The notes beneath the pieces were generated by a model that saw only the letters and a program-made list of their open reading frames with translations, ran no database searches and was not told the DNA's origin. A DNA stretch of 64,000 bases from assembly GCF_054482525.1 (NCBI RefSeq), contig NZ_CM137006.1; one strand, given 5' to 3'. This document shows positions 39,249 through 56,600 of this stretch, piece by piece. The stretch's first letter is position 1. Each line of letters starts with the position of its first letter. Both the position numbers and the translations under genes were made by a program.

Positions 39249-40295
39249 ATGACTGCACCATCCCAGGTATTAAAGATCCGCCGCCCAGACGACTGGCACC
39301 TTCACCTCCGCGATGGCGACATGTTAAAAACTGTCGTGCCGTATACCAGCGAAATTTATGGACGGGCTATCGTAATGCCCAATCTGGCTCCGCCCGTGAC
39401 CAGCGTTGGGGCCGCCGTGGCGTATCGCCAGCGTATTCTTGACGCCGTACCTGCCGGGCACGATTTCACCCCGCTGATGACCTGTTATTTGACAGATTCA
39501 CTAGACCCTAATGAGCTAGAGCGCGGATTTAACGAAGGCGTGTTCACCGCTGCAAAACTTTACCCGGCAAACGCAACTACTAACTCAAGTCACGGCGTGA
39601 CGTCAGTTGACGCAATCATGCCGGTACTTGAGCGCATGGAAAAAATCGGTATGCCGTTACTGGTGCATGGTGAAGTGACACATGCAGATATCGACATTTT
39701 TGATCGTGAAGCACGCTTTATAGAAAGCGTGATGGAACCGCTGCGCCAGCGCCTGACTGCGCTGAAAGTCGTTTTTGAGCACATCACCACCAAAGATGCT
39801 GCCGACTATGTCCGTAACGGAAATGAACGGCTGGCTGCCACCATCACTCCGCAGCATCTGATGTTTAACCGCAACCATATGCTGGTTGGTGGCGTGCGTC
39901 CACATCTGTATTGTCTACCCATCCTCAAACGCAATATTCACCAACAGGCATTGCGTGAACTGGTCGCCAGCGGTTTTAATCGCGTATTCCTCGGTACGGA
40001 TTCTGCGCCGCATGCACGTCATCGCAAAGAGAGCAGCTGCGGCTGCGCGGGCTGCTTCAACGCCCCAACCGCGCTGGGCAGTTACGCTACCGTCTTTGAA
40101 GAGATGAATGCTCTGCAGCACTTTGAAGCATTCTGTTCTGTAAACGGCCCGCAGTTCTATGGCTTGCCGGTCAACGACACATTCATCGAACTGGTCCGCG
40201 AAGAACAACAGGTTGCTGCAAGCATCGCACTGACTGATGACACACTGGTGCCATTCCTCGCCGGGGAAACGGTACGCTGGTCCGTTAAACAATAA
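39249..40295 (+). CDS. pyrC: Dihydroorotase
   Basis: ORF track 348 aa; HxH metal-binding motif (DWHLHLRD). Confidence 0.95.
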   Translation: MTAPSQVLKIRRPDDWHLHLRDGDMLKTVVPYTSEIYGRAIVMPNLAPPVTSVGAAVAYRQRILDAVPAGHDFTPLMTCYLTDSLDPNELERGFNEGVFTAAKLYPANATTNSSHGVTSVDAIMPVLERMEKIGMPLLVHGEVTHADIDIFDREARFIESVMEPLRQRLTALKVVFEHITTKDAADYVRNGNERLAATITPQHLMFNRNHMLVGGVRPHLYCLPILKRNIHQQALRELVASGFNRVFLGTDSAPHARHRKESSCGCAGCFNAPTALGSYATVFEEMNALQHFEAFCSVNGPQFYGLPVNDTFIELVREEQQVAASIALTDDTLVPFLAGETVRWSVKQ

Positions 40296-40329
40296 AAATC
40301 GTAGCTTCCTGTTGTCATTAGGTTATTTT

Positions 40330-40349
40330 ACCTGTATAAATAACCAGTA
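40330..40349 (+). promoter_or_regulatory. LexA (SOS) box of dinI
   Basis: ACCTGTATAAATAACCAGTA read directly about 20 nt upstream of dinI start; CTGT-N8-ACAG-like palindrome matching LexA consensus. Confidence 0.8.
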
Positions 40350-40368
40350 TATTCAACAGGGGGCTATT

Positions 40369-40614
40369 ATGCGAATTGAAGTCACCATAGCGAAAACTTC
40401 TCCATTGCCAGCTGGGGCTATTGACGCCCTGGCTGGCGAACTTTCCCGCCGTATTCAGTATGCGTTTCCTGATAATGAAGGCCACGTATCGGTACGTTAT
40501 GCCGCAGCGAATAATTTATCGGTTATTGGCGCAACAAAAGAAGATAAACAGCGCATTAGCGAAATTCTCCAGGAAACGTGGGAAAGCGCCGATGACTGGT
40601 TTGTCAGCGAATAA
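40369..40614 (+). CDS. dinI: DNA damage-inducible protein I
   Basis: ORF track 125 aa; start moved to MRIEVTIAKTSPLPAGAI (81 aa). Confidence 0.9.
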   Translation: MRIEVTIAKTSPLPAGAIDALAGELSRRIQYAFPDNEGHVSVRYAAANNLSVIGATKEDKQRISEILQETWESADDWFVSE

Positions 40615-40903
40615 TATGCAGTGATTTTTGTTTTTGCCGGGTCGCCCCGGCTTTTTTATTTTACTTACAAATTTTGAGTACAAAATTTCTACACTTCCTC
40701 AAAATAATTGCACAATATGCTAAAAAAATATGAATGACATGCTGTTTTATTGTTCATATAAATCTTAAAAGCAAAAATTTATCTGTTCCCCCCTTTAAAA
40801 ATTCGGTGAATACCCTTACTTATTGGTATACTGAAGTTGCTTCAGATAAAAACGCATTGAACCTCGAATAACGTTGTCTAGTAACACGAATTAGGGGGCC
40901 ATG

Positions 40904-41158
40904 ATGGAAAAAAATAATGAAGTCATTCAGACTCATCCGCTCGTAGGGTGGGACATCAGCACCGTTGATAGTTATGATGCGCTGATGTTGCGTTTGCACT
41001 ACCAGACCCCAAATAAGTCCGAGCAGGAAGGGACTGAAGTTGGTCAGACGCTCTGGTTAACCACTGATGTTGCCAGACAATTTATTTCGATATTAGAAGC
41101 AGGAATCGCCAAAATTGAATCCGGTGATTTCCCGGTAAACGAGTATCGGCGTCATTAA
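40904..41158 (+). CDS. bssS: Biofilm regulator BssS
   Basis: ORF track 85 aa; start at second Met (MEKNNEVIQTHPL, 84 aa). Confidence 0.88.
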   Translation: MEKNNEVIQTHPLVGWDISTVDSYDALMLRLHYQTPNKSEQEGTEVGQTLWLTTDVARQFISILEAGIAKIESGDFPVNEYRRH

Positions 41159-41272
41159 CATGACATGACCATCCACCCAAAAGGCACCTCACCGGTGCCT
41201 TTACCATTTCTGGGTTGTATATCTGCATTCAGTTAATTACTCTGCTTAAACCATGAGAGCAGAGAGAAAAAA

Positions 41273-42391
41273 ATGAAATACGATCTCATCATTATTGGCA
41301 GCGGTTCCGTAGGCGCTGCCGCCGGGTATTATGCAACCCGTGCCGGTTTAAACGTGCTAATGACCGACGCCCATATGCCACCACATCAACACGGCAGCCA
41401 CCACGGCGATACGCGATTAATTCGCCATGCTTATGGTGAAGGCGAAAAGTATGTCCCGCTGGTTCTTCGCGCGCAAACGCTGTGGGATGAACTCTCCCGC
41501 CACAACGAAGAAGATCCCATTTTTGTACGCTCTGGCGTCATTAACCTTGGCCCGGCTGATTCCACATTTCTCGCCAACGTCGCCCACAGCGCCGAACAAT
41601 GGCAACTCAACGTTGAAAAGCTCGATGCGCAAGGGATTATGGCCCGCTGGCCGGAAATACGCGTCCCGGACAACTACATCGGCTTATTTGAGACTGATTC
41701 CGGTTTTTTGCGCAGCGAACTGGCGATTAAAACCTGGATCCAACTGGCGAAGGAAGCGGGCTGTGCGCAGCTGTTCAACTGCCCGGTCACCGCAATTCGT
41801 CATGACGATGATGGCGTAACTATTGAAACGGCTGACGGTGAGTATCAGGCGAAAAAAGCGATTGTCTGCGCGGGAACATGGGTAAAAGACCTGCTCCCGG
41901 AGTTGCCTGTCCAGCCCGTACGCAAAGTATTTGCCTGGTATCAGGCCGATGGGCGCTATAGCGTGAAGAATAAATTCCCGGCGTTTACCGGTGAACTGCC
42001 CAATGGCGATCAATATTATGGTTTTCCGGCAGAAAACGACGCGTTGAAGATTGGCAAACATAACGGAGGCCAGATTATCCATTCAGCGGATGAACGTGTT
42101 CCGTTTGCGGAAGTGGTCAGCGATGGTTCGGAAGCCTTCCCGTTCTTGCGCAATGTCTTGCCGGGTATCGGTTGCTGCCTGTACGGCGCTGCCTGCACCT
42201 ATGATAATTCGCCTGACGAAGATTTTATTATCGATACTCTACCCGGCCACGATAATACACTGCTCATTACCGGCCTGAGCGGGCACGGTTTTAAATTTGC
42301 GTCAGTTTTAGGGGAAATAGCTGCCGATTTTGCGCAAGACAAAAAAAGCGATTTTGATTTGACGCCATTCAGGCTTTCCCGCTTCCAATAA
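41273..42391 (+). CDS. solA: N-methyl-L-tryptophan oxidase
   Basis: ORF track 372 aa; FAD-binding [12 protein letters not shown] motif. Confidence 0.93.
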
Positions 42392-42438
42392 TCATCATTA
42401 CGGCCTCCAGAATGAGGCCGTTTTTACAGGAGTATTTA

Positions 42439-42552
42439 ATGCGTCGGCTGTTGCACTATCTCATCAATAATATTCGCGAGCATCTGATGCTTTATCTTTT
42501 TCTCTGGGGATTGTTGGCAATTATGGATCTGATCTATGTGTTTTATTTTTAG
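42439..42552 (+). CDS. yceO: Small hydrophobic protein
   Basis: Hand-translated small [40 protein letters not shown]; conserved position after solA; below ORF-track cutoff. Confidence 0.5.
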
Positions 42553-42812
42553 TTTTCCGCACTGACATAAACTGACAAATATTTAATCTCCCTTTCATTT
42601 AGCGTGAAAAATTGAATGAGATTATTCCTGCTTCTACAGTACTCACCAGACATCTCTGATGCTGAACCCACTAAACTTATGAAGATTCTTTCATTATTAA
42701 TTCAAAATTATTGAAATAAAAATAAATATCATTCAATTTGTTTTTTTTGTGTTGCAATTCACTCTCCGACACGCCATTTTCTTTCTCTCGCAAATTCGTT
42801 TTGGATGCACTT

Positions 42813-43379
42813 ATGTCATTCACAAATACCCCTGAACGCTATGGTGTTATATCTGCGGCCTTCCATTGGCTAAGCGCAATTATTGTCTACGGCATGTTTG
42901 CTTTAGGTCTGTGGATGGTCACGCTCAGTTATTACGATGGCTGGTATCACAAAGCACCCGAACTGCATAAAAGCATCGGTATTTTGTTAATGATGGGGCT
43001 GGTTATTCGCGTTCTGTGGCGCGTCATATCTCCACCGCCGGGTCCGCTGCAGAGTTATTCGCCCATGACTCGTCTTGGCGCAAAGGCTGGACATCTCGCA
43101 TTGTACTTATTGCTGTTCGCCATCGGCATCAGCGGCTATCTGATCTCAACTGCCGATGGTAAACCGATCAGCGTTTTTGGCTGGTTTGACGTCCCCGCGA
43201 CCCTCGCCGACGCTGGCGCACAGGCTGACTTTGCCGGTGCCCTGCATTTTTGGCTCGCGTGGAGCGTCGTAGTACTGTCCGTTATGCACGGATTTATGGC
43301 CCTGAAGCATCATTTCATCGATAAAGACGACACTCTGAAGCGCATGCTGGGAAAGTCGTCATCTGACTATGGAGTATAA
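42813..43379 (+). CDS. yceJ: Cytochrome b561 family protein
   Basis: ORF track 213 aa; start moved to MSFTNTPERYGVISAAFHWL (188 aa). Confidence 0.85.
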   Translation: MSFTNTPERYGVISAAFHWLSAIIVYGMFALGLWMVTLSYYDGWYHKAPELHKSIGILLMMGLVIRVLWRVISPPPGPLQSYSPMTRLGAKAGHLALYLLLFAIGISGYLISTADGKPISVFGWFDVPATLADAGAQADFAGALHFWLAWSVVVLSVMHGFMALKHHFIDKDDTLKRMLGKSSSDYGV

Positions 43380-43382
43380 AAA

Positions 43383-43958
43383 ATGAAAAAAAGCCTGCTT
43401 GGTTTAACCTTCGCTTCCCTGATGTTCTCTGCCGGTTCAGCGGTTGCCGCCGATTACAAAATTGACAAAGAAGGTCAGCACGCCTTTGTTAACTTCCGCA
43501 TACAGCACCTTGGCTATAGCTGGTTATACGGCACCTTTAAAGATTTCGACGGTACTTTTACCTTTGATGAAAAAAATCCAGCTGCCGATAAAGTGAATGT
43601 GACAATTAACACCACCAGCGTCGATACTAACCACGCCGAACGCGATAAACATCTTCGCAGTGCGGATTTTCTCAATACCGCAAAATATCCACAGGCAACA
43701 TTCACCTCCACCAGCGTGAAGAAAGACGGTGACGACCTGGATATTACCGGCGATCTGACGCTGAATGGCGTAACCAAACCCGTCACGCTGGAAGCGAAAT
43801 TAATTGGTCAGGGCGACGACCCGTGGGGCGGTAAACGTGCAGGCTTCGATGCCGAAGGCAAAATTAAGCTCAAGGACTTCAATATCAAAACAGATTTAGG
43901 TCCAGCTTCTCAGGAAGTGGATCTGATTATTTCAGTGGAAGGCGTACAGCAGAAGTAA
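43383..43958 (+). CDS. yceI: Periplasmic YceI-family protein
   Basis: ORF track 191 aa; signal peptide. Confidence 0.9.
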   Translation: MKKSLLGLTFASLMFSAGSAVAADYKIDKEGQHAFVNFRIQHLGYSWLYGTFKDFDGTFTFDEKNPAADKVNVTINTTSVDTNHAERDKHLRSADFLNTAKYPQATFTSTSVKKDGDDLDITGDLTLNGVTKPVTLEAKLIGQGDDPWGGKRAGFDAEGKIKLKDFNIKTDLGPASQEVDLIISVEGVQQK

Positions 43959-43999
43959 GCGTGAAATGTTGCCGGATGGCACGCATCCGGCAATGATAT

Positions 44000-45052
44000 T
44001 TATTCTGTTGGATCAGGAATGCCCAGTGTTGTATTCAGACGTCCACGAGACTTATTAAAGATCTTATTGCCATTTTCACGTCCTGCCCGACGGCGTCGCT
44101 GTTCTTCAGGCGGTAACGCGCTTTCTTCGCAGCAAATCTCACTACAACAACCTTTGTATTTTTCCGCACATACTGGACACTGAATAAAAAGCAGGTGGCA
44201 GCCATCATTTTTACAGTTGGTATGGCTGTCGCACGGCGCACCGCACTGGTGGCAATGCGCGATAATCTCATCAGAGATACGTTCGCCCATCCGCTCGTCA
44301 AAAACAAAATTTTTGCCAATAAAACGCACCGGCAAGCCCTGCTCGCGCGCCTTACGGGCGTATTCAATAATTCCGCCCTCGATATGCCAGACTTTGTTGA
44401 ATCCGTTATGTTTCATCCAGGCACTGGCTTTTTCACAACGAATGCCGCCGGTGCAGTACATGACGATTTTTTTATCTTTATGTGCCTGCATCATCTCGAC
44501 TGCTTTTGGCAGCTGCTCACGGAAGGTATCTGCCGGAATTTCCAGCGCGTTTTCAAAGTGCCCCACTTCATACTCATAGTGGTTACGCATGTCGATAAAC
44601 AATGCATCGGGATCGTCAAGCATGGCGTTCACTTCCGCCGCTTGCAGATACTCACCCACATTGCTGGCATCAAAGTGAGGATCGTCAATACCGTCGGCAA
44701 CGATACGATCGCGGACCTTCATGCGCAGTACCCAGAAGGATTTCCCGTCATCATCCAACGCGATATTCAGGCGTAAGCCCTCTAAAGCCGGGTCGAAGGC
44801 ATAAAGCTGCGCGCGAAATGTTTCAACATTGCTCGCAGGTACGCTGATTTGCGCGTTAATGCCCTCATGCGCCAGATACACTCGCCCAAAAACATCCAGC
44901 GCGGTAAACAGCTGATATAAAGCGTCACGGGTCGCCTTAGGATCGGCGATGTGGAAATACTTATAAAACGAAATGGTGGTTCGCGGTTCGCTCTCAGCCA
45001 ACATTTTGGCTTTTAACGCGTCGTTGGAAATGCGGTTGTGTAACACTGGCAT
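44000..45052 (-). CDS. trhO: tRNA uridine(34) hydroxylase (rhodanese-domain)
   Basis: ORF track 368 aa; start moved to [20 protein letters not shown] (350 aa). Confidence 0.88.
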   Translation of the reverse strand: MPVLHNRISNDALKAKMLAESEPRTTISFYKYFHIADPKATRDALYQLFTALDVFGRVYLAHEGINAQISVPASNVETFRAQLYAFDPALEGLRLNIALDDDGKSFWVLRMKVRDRIVADGIDDPHFDASNVGEYLQAAEVNAMLDDPDALFIDMRNHYEYEVGHFENALEIPADTFREQLPKAVEMMQAHKDKKIVMYCTGGIRCEKASAWMKHNGFNKVWHIEGGIIEYARKAREQGLPVRFIGKNFVFDERMGERISDEIIAHCHQCGAPCDSHTNCKNDGCHLLFIQCPVCAEKYKGCCSEICCEESALPPEEQRRRRAGRENGNKIFNKSRGRLNTTLGIPDPTE

Positions 45053-45276
45053 GGTGTACGGTTCCTGCGAGATGGGAAAGTAAAAATCCGCGGCATGATA
45101 TAGCAATTATCGATAATTAACATCCACACATTTTACGCTACATTTGCGCATTAAAAATTATTTGTTATTTACAAGCGCGGCAATTTCGCCCAGTCTTCAG
45201 TCACAAATTTTGGTTGCGGGCGAAAAAATGCGACAATACATACAATTGCCCGTATAGGTTGAAAAACAGGATTGAT

Positions 45277-46197
45277 ATGACGAATCTACCCAAGTTCTCC
45301 ACCGCACTGCTTCATCCGCGTTATTGGTTAACCTGGTTGGGTATTGGCGTACTTTGGTTAGTCGTGCAATTGCCCTACCCGGTTATCTACCGCCTCGGTT
45401 GTGGATTAGGAAAACTTGCGTTACGTTTTATGAAACGACGCGCAAAAATTGTGCATCGCAACCTGGAACTGTGCTTCCCGGAAATGAGCGAACAAGAACG
45501 CCGTAAAATGGTGGTGAAGAATTTCGAATCCGTTGGCATGGGACTGATGGAAACTGGCATGGCGTGGTTCTGGCCGGACCGCAGAATCGCCCGCTGGACG
45601 GAAGTGATCGGCATGGAACACATTCGTGACGTGCAGGCGCAAAAACGCGGCATCCTGTTAGTTGGCATCCATTTTCTGACCCTGGAGCTGGGTGCGCGGC
45701 AGTTTGGTATGCAGGAGCCGGGCATTGGCGTTTACCGCCCGAACGATAATCCACTGATTGACTGGCTACAAACCTGGGGCCGTTTGCGCTCAAATAAATC
45801 GATGCTCGACCGCAAAGATTTAAAAGGCATGATTAAAGCCCTGAAAAAAGGCGAAGTGGTCTGGTACGCACCGGATCATGATTACGGCCCGCGCTCAAGC
45901 GTTTTCGTCCCGTTGTTTGCCGTTGAGCAGGCTGCGACCACAACCGGAACCTGGATGCTGGCACGGATGTCCGGCGCATGTCTGGTGCCCTTCGTTCCAC
46001 GCCGTAAGCCAGATGGCAAAGGGTATCAGTTGATTATGCTGCCGCCAGAGTGTTCTCCGCCGCTGGATGATGCCGAAACCACCGCCGCGTGGATGAACAA
46101 AGTGGTCGAAAAATGCATCATGATGGCACCAGAGCAGTATATGTGGTTACACCGTCGCTTTAAAACACGTCCAGAAGGCGTTCCTTCACGCTATTAA
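45277..46197 (+). CDS. lpxL: Lipid A lauroyl acyltransferase
   Basis: ORF track 327 aa; start moved to [20 protein letters not shown] (306 aa). Confidence 0.93.
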
Positions 46198-46368
46198 ATC
46201 TCCCAAGCCGGATGCTTGAGAATGGCATCCGGCATTCCCACAGCAAATCCCCCTGATTTAGCGATAAAAGCTCTCTGGATTGCGCCCCCTGGAAGTCGGG
46301 CGCATAATTAGTGTGCTTATCTTTTCTTCTTATGTTCACCGCGCCTGGCGCACCAACAGCGGATTGCT

Positions 46369-47595
46369 ATGTCACCCTGTGAAAATGACACCCCTATAAA
46401 CTGGAAACGAAACCTGATCGTCGCCTGGCTAGGCTGTTTTCTTACGGGTGCCGCCTTCAGCCTGGTAATGCCCTTCTTACCCCTCTACGTTGAGCAGCTT
46501 GGCGTTACGGGCCACTCCGCCTTGAATATGTGGTCCGGTATTGTCTTCAGCATTACATTTTTATTTTCGGCCATCGCCTCACCGTTTTGGGGTGGACTCG
46601 CCGACCGTAAAGGCCGAAAACTCATGCTATTACGCTCTGCCCTCGGCATGGGCATCGTGATGGTGTTGATGGGGCTGGCACAAAATATCTGGCAGTTTTT
46701 GATCCTGCGGGCGCTTCTTGGGTTACTTGGCGGATTTGTCCCCAACGCTAATGCTCTTATCGCCACACAAGTACCGCGTAATAAAAGCGGCTGGGCGCTG
46801 GGGACGCTTTCCACAGGCGGCGTTAGCGGTGCGTTGCTCGGCCCAATGGCTGGCGGCCTGCTCGCCGATAGCTACGGCTTACGTCCGGTATTCTTTATTA
46901 CCGCCAGTGTGCTCATACTCTGCTTTTTCGTCACCCTGTTTTGCATCAGAGAAAAATTCCAGCCGGTCAGCAAAAAAGAGATGCTGCACATGCGTGAAGT
47001 GGTGACATCACTTAAAAACCCGAAACTGGTACTCAGCCTGTTTGTCACCACGTTAATCATCCAGGTGGCAACGGGCTCAATTGCCCCCATTCTGACGCTG
47101 TATGTCCGCGAACTGGCGGGTAACGTCAGTAACGTCGCCTTTATCAGTGGCATGATCGCCTCGGTGCCAGGCGTAGCTGCTCTGCTGAGTGCACCACGAC
47201 TCGGCAAACTTGGCGATCGAATCGGCCCCGAAAAGATCCTGATTACGGCGCTGATCTTTTCTGTACTGCTGTTGATCCCAATGTCTTACGTTCAGACGCC
47301 ATTGCAACTTGGGATTTTACGTTTTTTGCTCGGTGCCGCTGATGGTGCACTACTCCCCGCCGTACAGACACTGTTAGTTTATAACTCGAGCAACCAGATC
47401 GCCGGGCGTATCTTCAGCTATAACCAGTCGTTTCGTGATATTGGCAACGTTACCGGACCATTGATGGGAGCAGCGATTTCAGCGAACTACGGTTTCAGAG
47501 CGGTATTTCTCGTCACCGCTGGCGTAGTATTATTCAACGCAGTCTATTCATGGAACAGTCTACGTCGTCGTCGAATACCCCAGGTATCGAACTGA
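46369..47595 (+). CDS. mdtG: MFS multidrug efflux transporter
   Basis: ORF track 408 aa. Confidence 0.9.
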
Positions 47596-47677
47596 TTTTT
47601 CGCCTTTCATACTTGCAAAAGCGGAGAATCAGCTATCCTTTTCCCTGAAACCTCATCAACACAAAGGGAGAATCGTG

Positions 47678-48052
47678 ATGACCATGTACGCAACGCTTGA
47701 AGAAGCCATTGACGCTGCACGCGAAGAATTTCTTGCAGACAACCCCGGCATCGACGCCGAAGACGCGAATGTGCAACAGTTCAATGCCCAAAAATACGTT
47801 TTGCAGGACGGCGACATCATGTGGCAAGTTGAGTTTTTTGCCGACGAAGGGGAAGAAGGTGAATGTTTACCTATGCTTAGCGGTGAAGCCGCGCAAAGTG
47901 TCTTTGACGGCGACTATGATGAGATAGAGATCCGCCAGGAGTGGCAAGAAGAGAATACATTACATGAATGGGACGAGGGGGAATTTCAGCTTGAGCCACC
48001 GCTGGATACCGAGGAAGGACGCGCAGCAGCTGATGAGTGGGATGAACGTTAA
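47678..48052 (+). CDS. msyB: Acidic protein MsyB
   Basis: ORF track 125 aa; start at ATG giving MTMYATLEEAIDAAREEF (124 aa); highly acidic. Confidence 0.88.
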   Translation: MTMYATLEEAIDAAREEFLADNPGIDAEDANVQQFNAQKYVLQDGDIMWQVEFFADEGEEGECLPMLSGEAAQSVFDGDYDEIEIRQEWQEENTLHEWDEGEFQLEPPLDTEEGRAAADEWDER

Positions 48053-48280
48053 TCACTCATACGGGCCATGATGAATGTCGATCGGCAGCAGTAAAGTATC
48101 AAAAACCAGGGAGAATGGCAGATCAAGGATCGTGACATAACGCCAGGCGGAGTCACGCACATCCCATTGCACACCGGGATAATATTGGTTGCCATGCCCC
48201 TGCCCCGGTATAGTGCGACTAATAATGCTGCCACAGCCACTCAGCAAGGTCACCATGATGCTCACCACAATTAAACGCAT
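48053..48280 (-). CDS. yceK: Small lipoprotein
   Basis: ORF track 75 aa; lipobox LLSGC. Confidence 0.8.
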   Translation of the reverse strand: MRLIVVSIMVTLLSGCGSIISRTIPGQGHGNQYYPGVQWDVRDSAWRYVTILDLPFSLVFDTLLLPIDIHHGPYE

Positions 48281-48344
48281 TTGATACCTCTTCCGTAAAA
48301 AAATACCGGCATAACGCCGGTATTTTTATTGGCTCGTTGTTTTT

Positions 48345-48442
48345 GCCAGATGTGGCGTGAACGCCTTATCCGACCTACAAAATCTTGCAAAATCAACACA
48401 TTGCAGGAGCGATGTAGGCCTGATAAGCGTAGCGCATCAGGC
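48345..48442. repeat. REP/BIME cluster (two REP units)
   Basis: GCCAGATGTGGCGTGAACGCCTTATCCGACCTAC and GTAGGCCTGATAAGCGTAGCGCATCAGGC read between yceK and opgH. Confidence 0.75.
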
Positions 48443-48452
48443 AACTACGTTT

Positions 48453-52635
<4,183 letters not shown>

Positions 52636-52917
52636 TCAGCACGCTGGCTCATGGATTAAGCACCTGATTGCAACCGTTTTCACTTTCCGTGCTTCTCCTA
52701 AAGACAGAAGCATCGACTTCGTGTAGGGTTTGCCAGCAAATTTATTTATCAACCGTCTTACAGACGCTTCCATTCTGGTTAGTGGTAGCGATGATGCTAT
52801 GCATAAAAACCTTGAAGCCTGCGCCTGGCGCGGTCAGGTCGGTGTCGCTATGGCAACAAGCCTAAAGGCATAACCCGACAGGGATAAGACGAAAAATCCG
52901 AGATTAGTTAACCATAT

Positions 52918-54075
52918 ATGAATCCAGTACCCGCGCAACGTGAATATTTCCTCGACTCCATCCGCGCCTGGCTGATGTTGTTAGGGATCCCTTTTCATAT
53001 TTCTTTAATCTATTCGAGCCATACATGGCATGTGAATAGCGCCGAACCGTCATTGTGGCTGACCCTTTTTAATGACTTCATCCACTCGTTCCGCATGCAG
53101 GTATTTTTCGTTATATCCGGGTACTTTTCCTACATGCTTTTTTTACGCTATCCCTTGAAAAAATGGTGGAAAGTACGTGTCGAACGTGTAGGTATCCCGA
53201 TGTTAACAGCCATCCCCCTACTGACATTACCGCAATTTATTATGCTGCAATACGTCAAAGGGAAAGCGGAAAGTTGGCCTGGACTGTCATTGTATGACAA
53301 ATATAATACGTTGGCCTGGGAATTAATATCACACCTGTGGTTTTTACTGGTGTTAGTGGTCATGACGACGCTGTGCGTCTGGATATTCAAACGTATCAGA
53401 AATAATTTAGAAAATTCTGATAAAACGAATAAAAAATTCTCGATGGTAAAACTATCGGTGATTTTTTTGTGCCTCGGCATCGGTTATGCGGTAATAAGAA
53501 GAACAATTTTTATTGTGTATCCGCCCATTCTGAGTAACGGCATGTTCAATTTTATTGTCATGCAAACGCTATTTTATTTGCCGTTCTTTATCCTCGGCGC
53601 ACTGGCTTTCATTTTCCCTCATCTTAAAGCCTTGTTTACCACGCCGTCTCGTGGCTGTACCTTCGCAGCAGCATTGGCATTTGTCGCTTACTTACTCAAC
53701 CAGCGCTATGGCAGTGGCGATGCCTGGATGTACGAAACCGAGTCTGTGATCACCATGGTCCTCGGTCTGTGGATGGTGAATGTGGTCTTCTCCTTCGGCC
53801 ACCGTTTGCTTAACTTCCAGTCAGCGCGGGTGACTTACTTTGTTAATGCATCGCTGTTTATCTATCTGGTTCACCACCCGTTAACGCTGTTTTTCGGCGC
53901 GTACATTACACCGCACATCACCTCCAACTGGCTTGGTTTTCTCTGTGGCCTGATATTCGTAGTAGGGATTGCGATAATTCTGTATGAAATTCATTTACGC
54001 ATCCCGTTACTGAAGTTTTTGTTCTCTGGTAAACCGGTTGTTAAGCGTGAGAACGATAAAGCACCAGCCCGTTAA
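52918..54075 (+). CDS. opgC: OPG succinyltransferase (acyltransferase-3 family membrane protein)
   Basis: ORF track 385 aa; divergent from opgGH. Confidence 0.88.
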   Translation: MNPVPAQREYFLDSIRAWLMLLGIPFHISLIYSSHTWHVNSAEPSLWLTLFNDFIHSFRMQVFFVISGYFSYMLFLRYPLKKWWKVRVERVGIPMLTAIPLLTLPQFIMLQYVKGKAESWPGLSLYDKYNTLAWELISHLWFLLVLVVMTTLCVWIFKRIRNNLENSDKTNKKFSMVKLSVIFLCLGIGYAVIRRTIFIVYPPILSNGMFNFIVMQTLFYLPFFILGALAFIFPHLKALFTTPSRGCTFAAALAFVAYLLNQRYGSGDAWMYETESVITMVLGLWMVNVVFSFGHRLLNFQSARVTYFVNASLFIYLVHHPLTLFFGAYITPHITSNWLGFLCGLIFVVGIAIILYEIHLRIPLLKFLFSGKPVVKRENDKAPAR

Positions 54076-54082
54076 GCCGCGT

Positions 54083-55513
54083 TTACAATAACCATTCCAC
54101 AGGCAATATCGACGCCAGTCTGACCATAACCCGCTTCCAGAAACTGGTGGCGGGTTCTTTTTTGAGAACAATCTCTTTCTTTGCATGACGATCAACCCAG
54201 TTGATCCGTCCCCACCTGTCCAGACGGAGCTGCCAGGCCGCATCATACTGGCTCTGAATAAAGCGTTTATCAATTAACTGTGCCAGCGTTTCGCTCTCTA
54301 TCACGAAACCCATTTCAGTATTGAGCAATGTTGAACGCGGATCGAAATTGAAAGAGCCGATAAACACCGTTTTACCATCGATGCTAAAGGTTTTAGCATG
54401 CAGGCTGGCACCGGAATTACCGGTTATGCCGCGATCGTGTAACGTACTACTTTGTTCACGCGTCGGCTTGAGTTCATATAATTCCACGCCGTAGCGGAGC
54501 AATTTTTTGCGCCAGCGCGCGTATCCGGCATGGACGACAGCAACATCGTTAGCGGCAAGAGAATTGGTTAGGATCGCAATCTTTACCCCTTTTCTCACCA
54601 TCCGTAAGAGTTGCGCCACACCTGCGCGTGTCGGTACAAAATAGGAAGAGATAATATCGATGCGTTCACTGGGTAAGCCCATGATATCGAACAGGCGCTG
54701 CGGTAACAGTGAATGCCGTTTTGCCTTGCCCTCCCCTTTCGCCGGATCATCACTTAATAAACGTGTTTTCGCCCAGATAAGCGGCAACGTTCCATCAACC
54801 AGATGATTTATAAACGGGCTGGATTCCATTTTGCGTAAATAACGATGCGTCATGGCATCGTTGTGCCAGGATGCTGGTAACTCGATGCGATCCGCCATTT
54901 CACCTTCCGGGACATCCAGCACCTGCTGTAAGGGTGAAACCGATTTGCAATACCAGTAGCGGGCGAAATCATCGGCAACGTCCTCTACAACTGGTCCTAT
55001 TGCCATGACATCTAAATCCGAAAAAAGTGGCTCTTCCCCTGCCCCAAAATAGGCATCACCAATATTTCGTCCTCCCACCAGGGTAACCACGCCATCAACA
55101 GTGAAACTTTTATTGTGCATACGGCGATTGAGACGGGAAAAGTCGGTGATATAACCAAGCGGACGTAGCAAGCGAAACGAGAAAGGATTAAAAAGCCGGA
55201 CTTCAATGCGGGGATGACTGTCAAGCAAGCGTAAAATGTCGTCAAGTCCGGGTGTATTGTTGTCGTCCAGCAACAAACGGACGCGAACGCCACGCTTTGC
55301 TGCGGCTAACAGGGCGGAAAACAGTAACCGACCCGACATATCGTCCTGCCAGATGTAATACTGAACATCCAGCGTATGCTCTGCCATTTCGGCCAGACGA
55401 TACCGGGCGGCAAACGCATCCAGACTTTTCTCCAGAGGGAAAAGGCCACACTGACCGGGATGTTGCGAACACAGTGGCAGCACCGCGCTCGCCAGCCGGG
55501 GCAAATCATTCAT
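54083..55513 (-). CDS. clsC: Cardiolipin synthase C (PLD family)
   Basis: ORF track 496 aa; start set to first in-frame Met after ymdB stop ([11 protein letters not shown]); exact start uncertain. Confidence 0.85.
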   Translation of the reverse strand: MNDLPRLASAVLPLCSQHPGQCGLFPLEKSLDAFAARYRLAEMAEHTLDVQYYIWQDDMSGRLLFSALLAAAKRGVRVRLLLDDNNTPGLDDILRLLDSHPRIEVRLFNPFSFRLLRPLGYITDFSRLNRRMHNKSFTVDGVVTLVGGRNIGDAYFGAGEEPLFSDLDVMAIGPVVEDVADDFARYWYCKSVSPLQQVLDVPEGEMADRIELPASWHNDAMTHRYLRKMESSPFINHLVDGTLPLIWAKTRLLSDDPAKGEGKAKRHSLLPQRLFDIMGLPSERIDIISSYFVPTRAGVAQLLRMVRKGVKIAILTNSLAANDVAVVHAGYARWRKKLLRYGVELYELKPTREQSSTLHDRGITGNSGASLHAKTFSIDGKTVFIGSFNFDPRSTLLNTEMGFVIESETLAQLIDKRFIQSQYDAAWQLRLDRWGRINWVDRHAKKEIVLKKEPATSFWKRVMVRLASILPVEWLL

Positions 55514-56039
55514 CTCCTTGTTGGGTAAGGAGTCTTTCGTAGAGGTGGGTGTTTTCTTCATCATAACAGACAAAGTATACCTGTTCGGGTAAAGCGTGAC
55601 GGGTAATAAATTCTGAAACGGTTTTTACTGCGATTTCAGCCGCTGCCGCACGAGGGTAACCATAAACCCCAGTACTGATTGCAGGAAATGCCACTGACGT
55701 ATAGCTGTTTGCCGCCACCAGTCGCAGACTATTGAGATAGGCATCCTGCAAAAGCTGGTCTTCGTTTTGTTCACCACCACGCCAGACTGGCCCGACGGTG
55801 TGCACTACGGCTTTAGCGGGAAGATCGCCTGCAAGCGTAATAACGGCATGCCCCGTAGGGCAATCGCCCTGCTGTTGCCTGACTTTTAAACAGGCATCCA
55901 GCAGAGCCGGACCCGCTGCGCGATGAATGGCCCCATCGACGCCGCCGCCTCCCATTAATGACGGATTAGCCGCATTCACAATCACATCAACGGCCAGTTT
56001 GGTAATATCACCCTGCACAACATGAATACGCGTTTTCAT
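55506..56039 (-). CDS. ymdB: Macrodomain O-acetyl-ADP-ribose deacetylase
   Basis: ORF track 177 aa. Confidence 0.9.
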   Translation of the reverse strand: MKTRIHVVQGDITKLAVDVIVNAANPSLMGGGGVDGAIHRAAGPALLDACLKVRQQQGDCPTGHAVITLAGDLPAKAVVHTVGPVWRGGEQNEDQLLQDAYLNSLRLVAANSYTSVAFPAISTGVYGYPRAAAAEIAVKTVSEFITRHALPEQVYFVCYDEENTHLYERLLTQQGDE

Positions 56040-56133
56040 AACGCCTCCTTACACCTTCTTGTTTCTTAAGTGTACAGCAGGCTTTTTGGTTAAATCGCAT
56101 TTTTCTGCTCAGCAAGGTGAGTTGTTCAGAAAC

Positions 56134-56513
<380 letters not shown>

Positions 56514-56514
56514 C

Positions 56515-56600
<86 letters not shown>

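Noticed and set aside
42600-42700. Short ORF (about 32 codons, MRLFLLLQYSPDISDAEPTKLMKILSLLIQNY) in the AT-rich yceO-yceJ gap
   Set aside because: No RBS or conservation evidence available; AT-rich intergenic regions produce such ORFs by chance.
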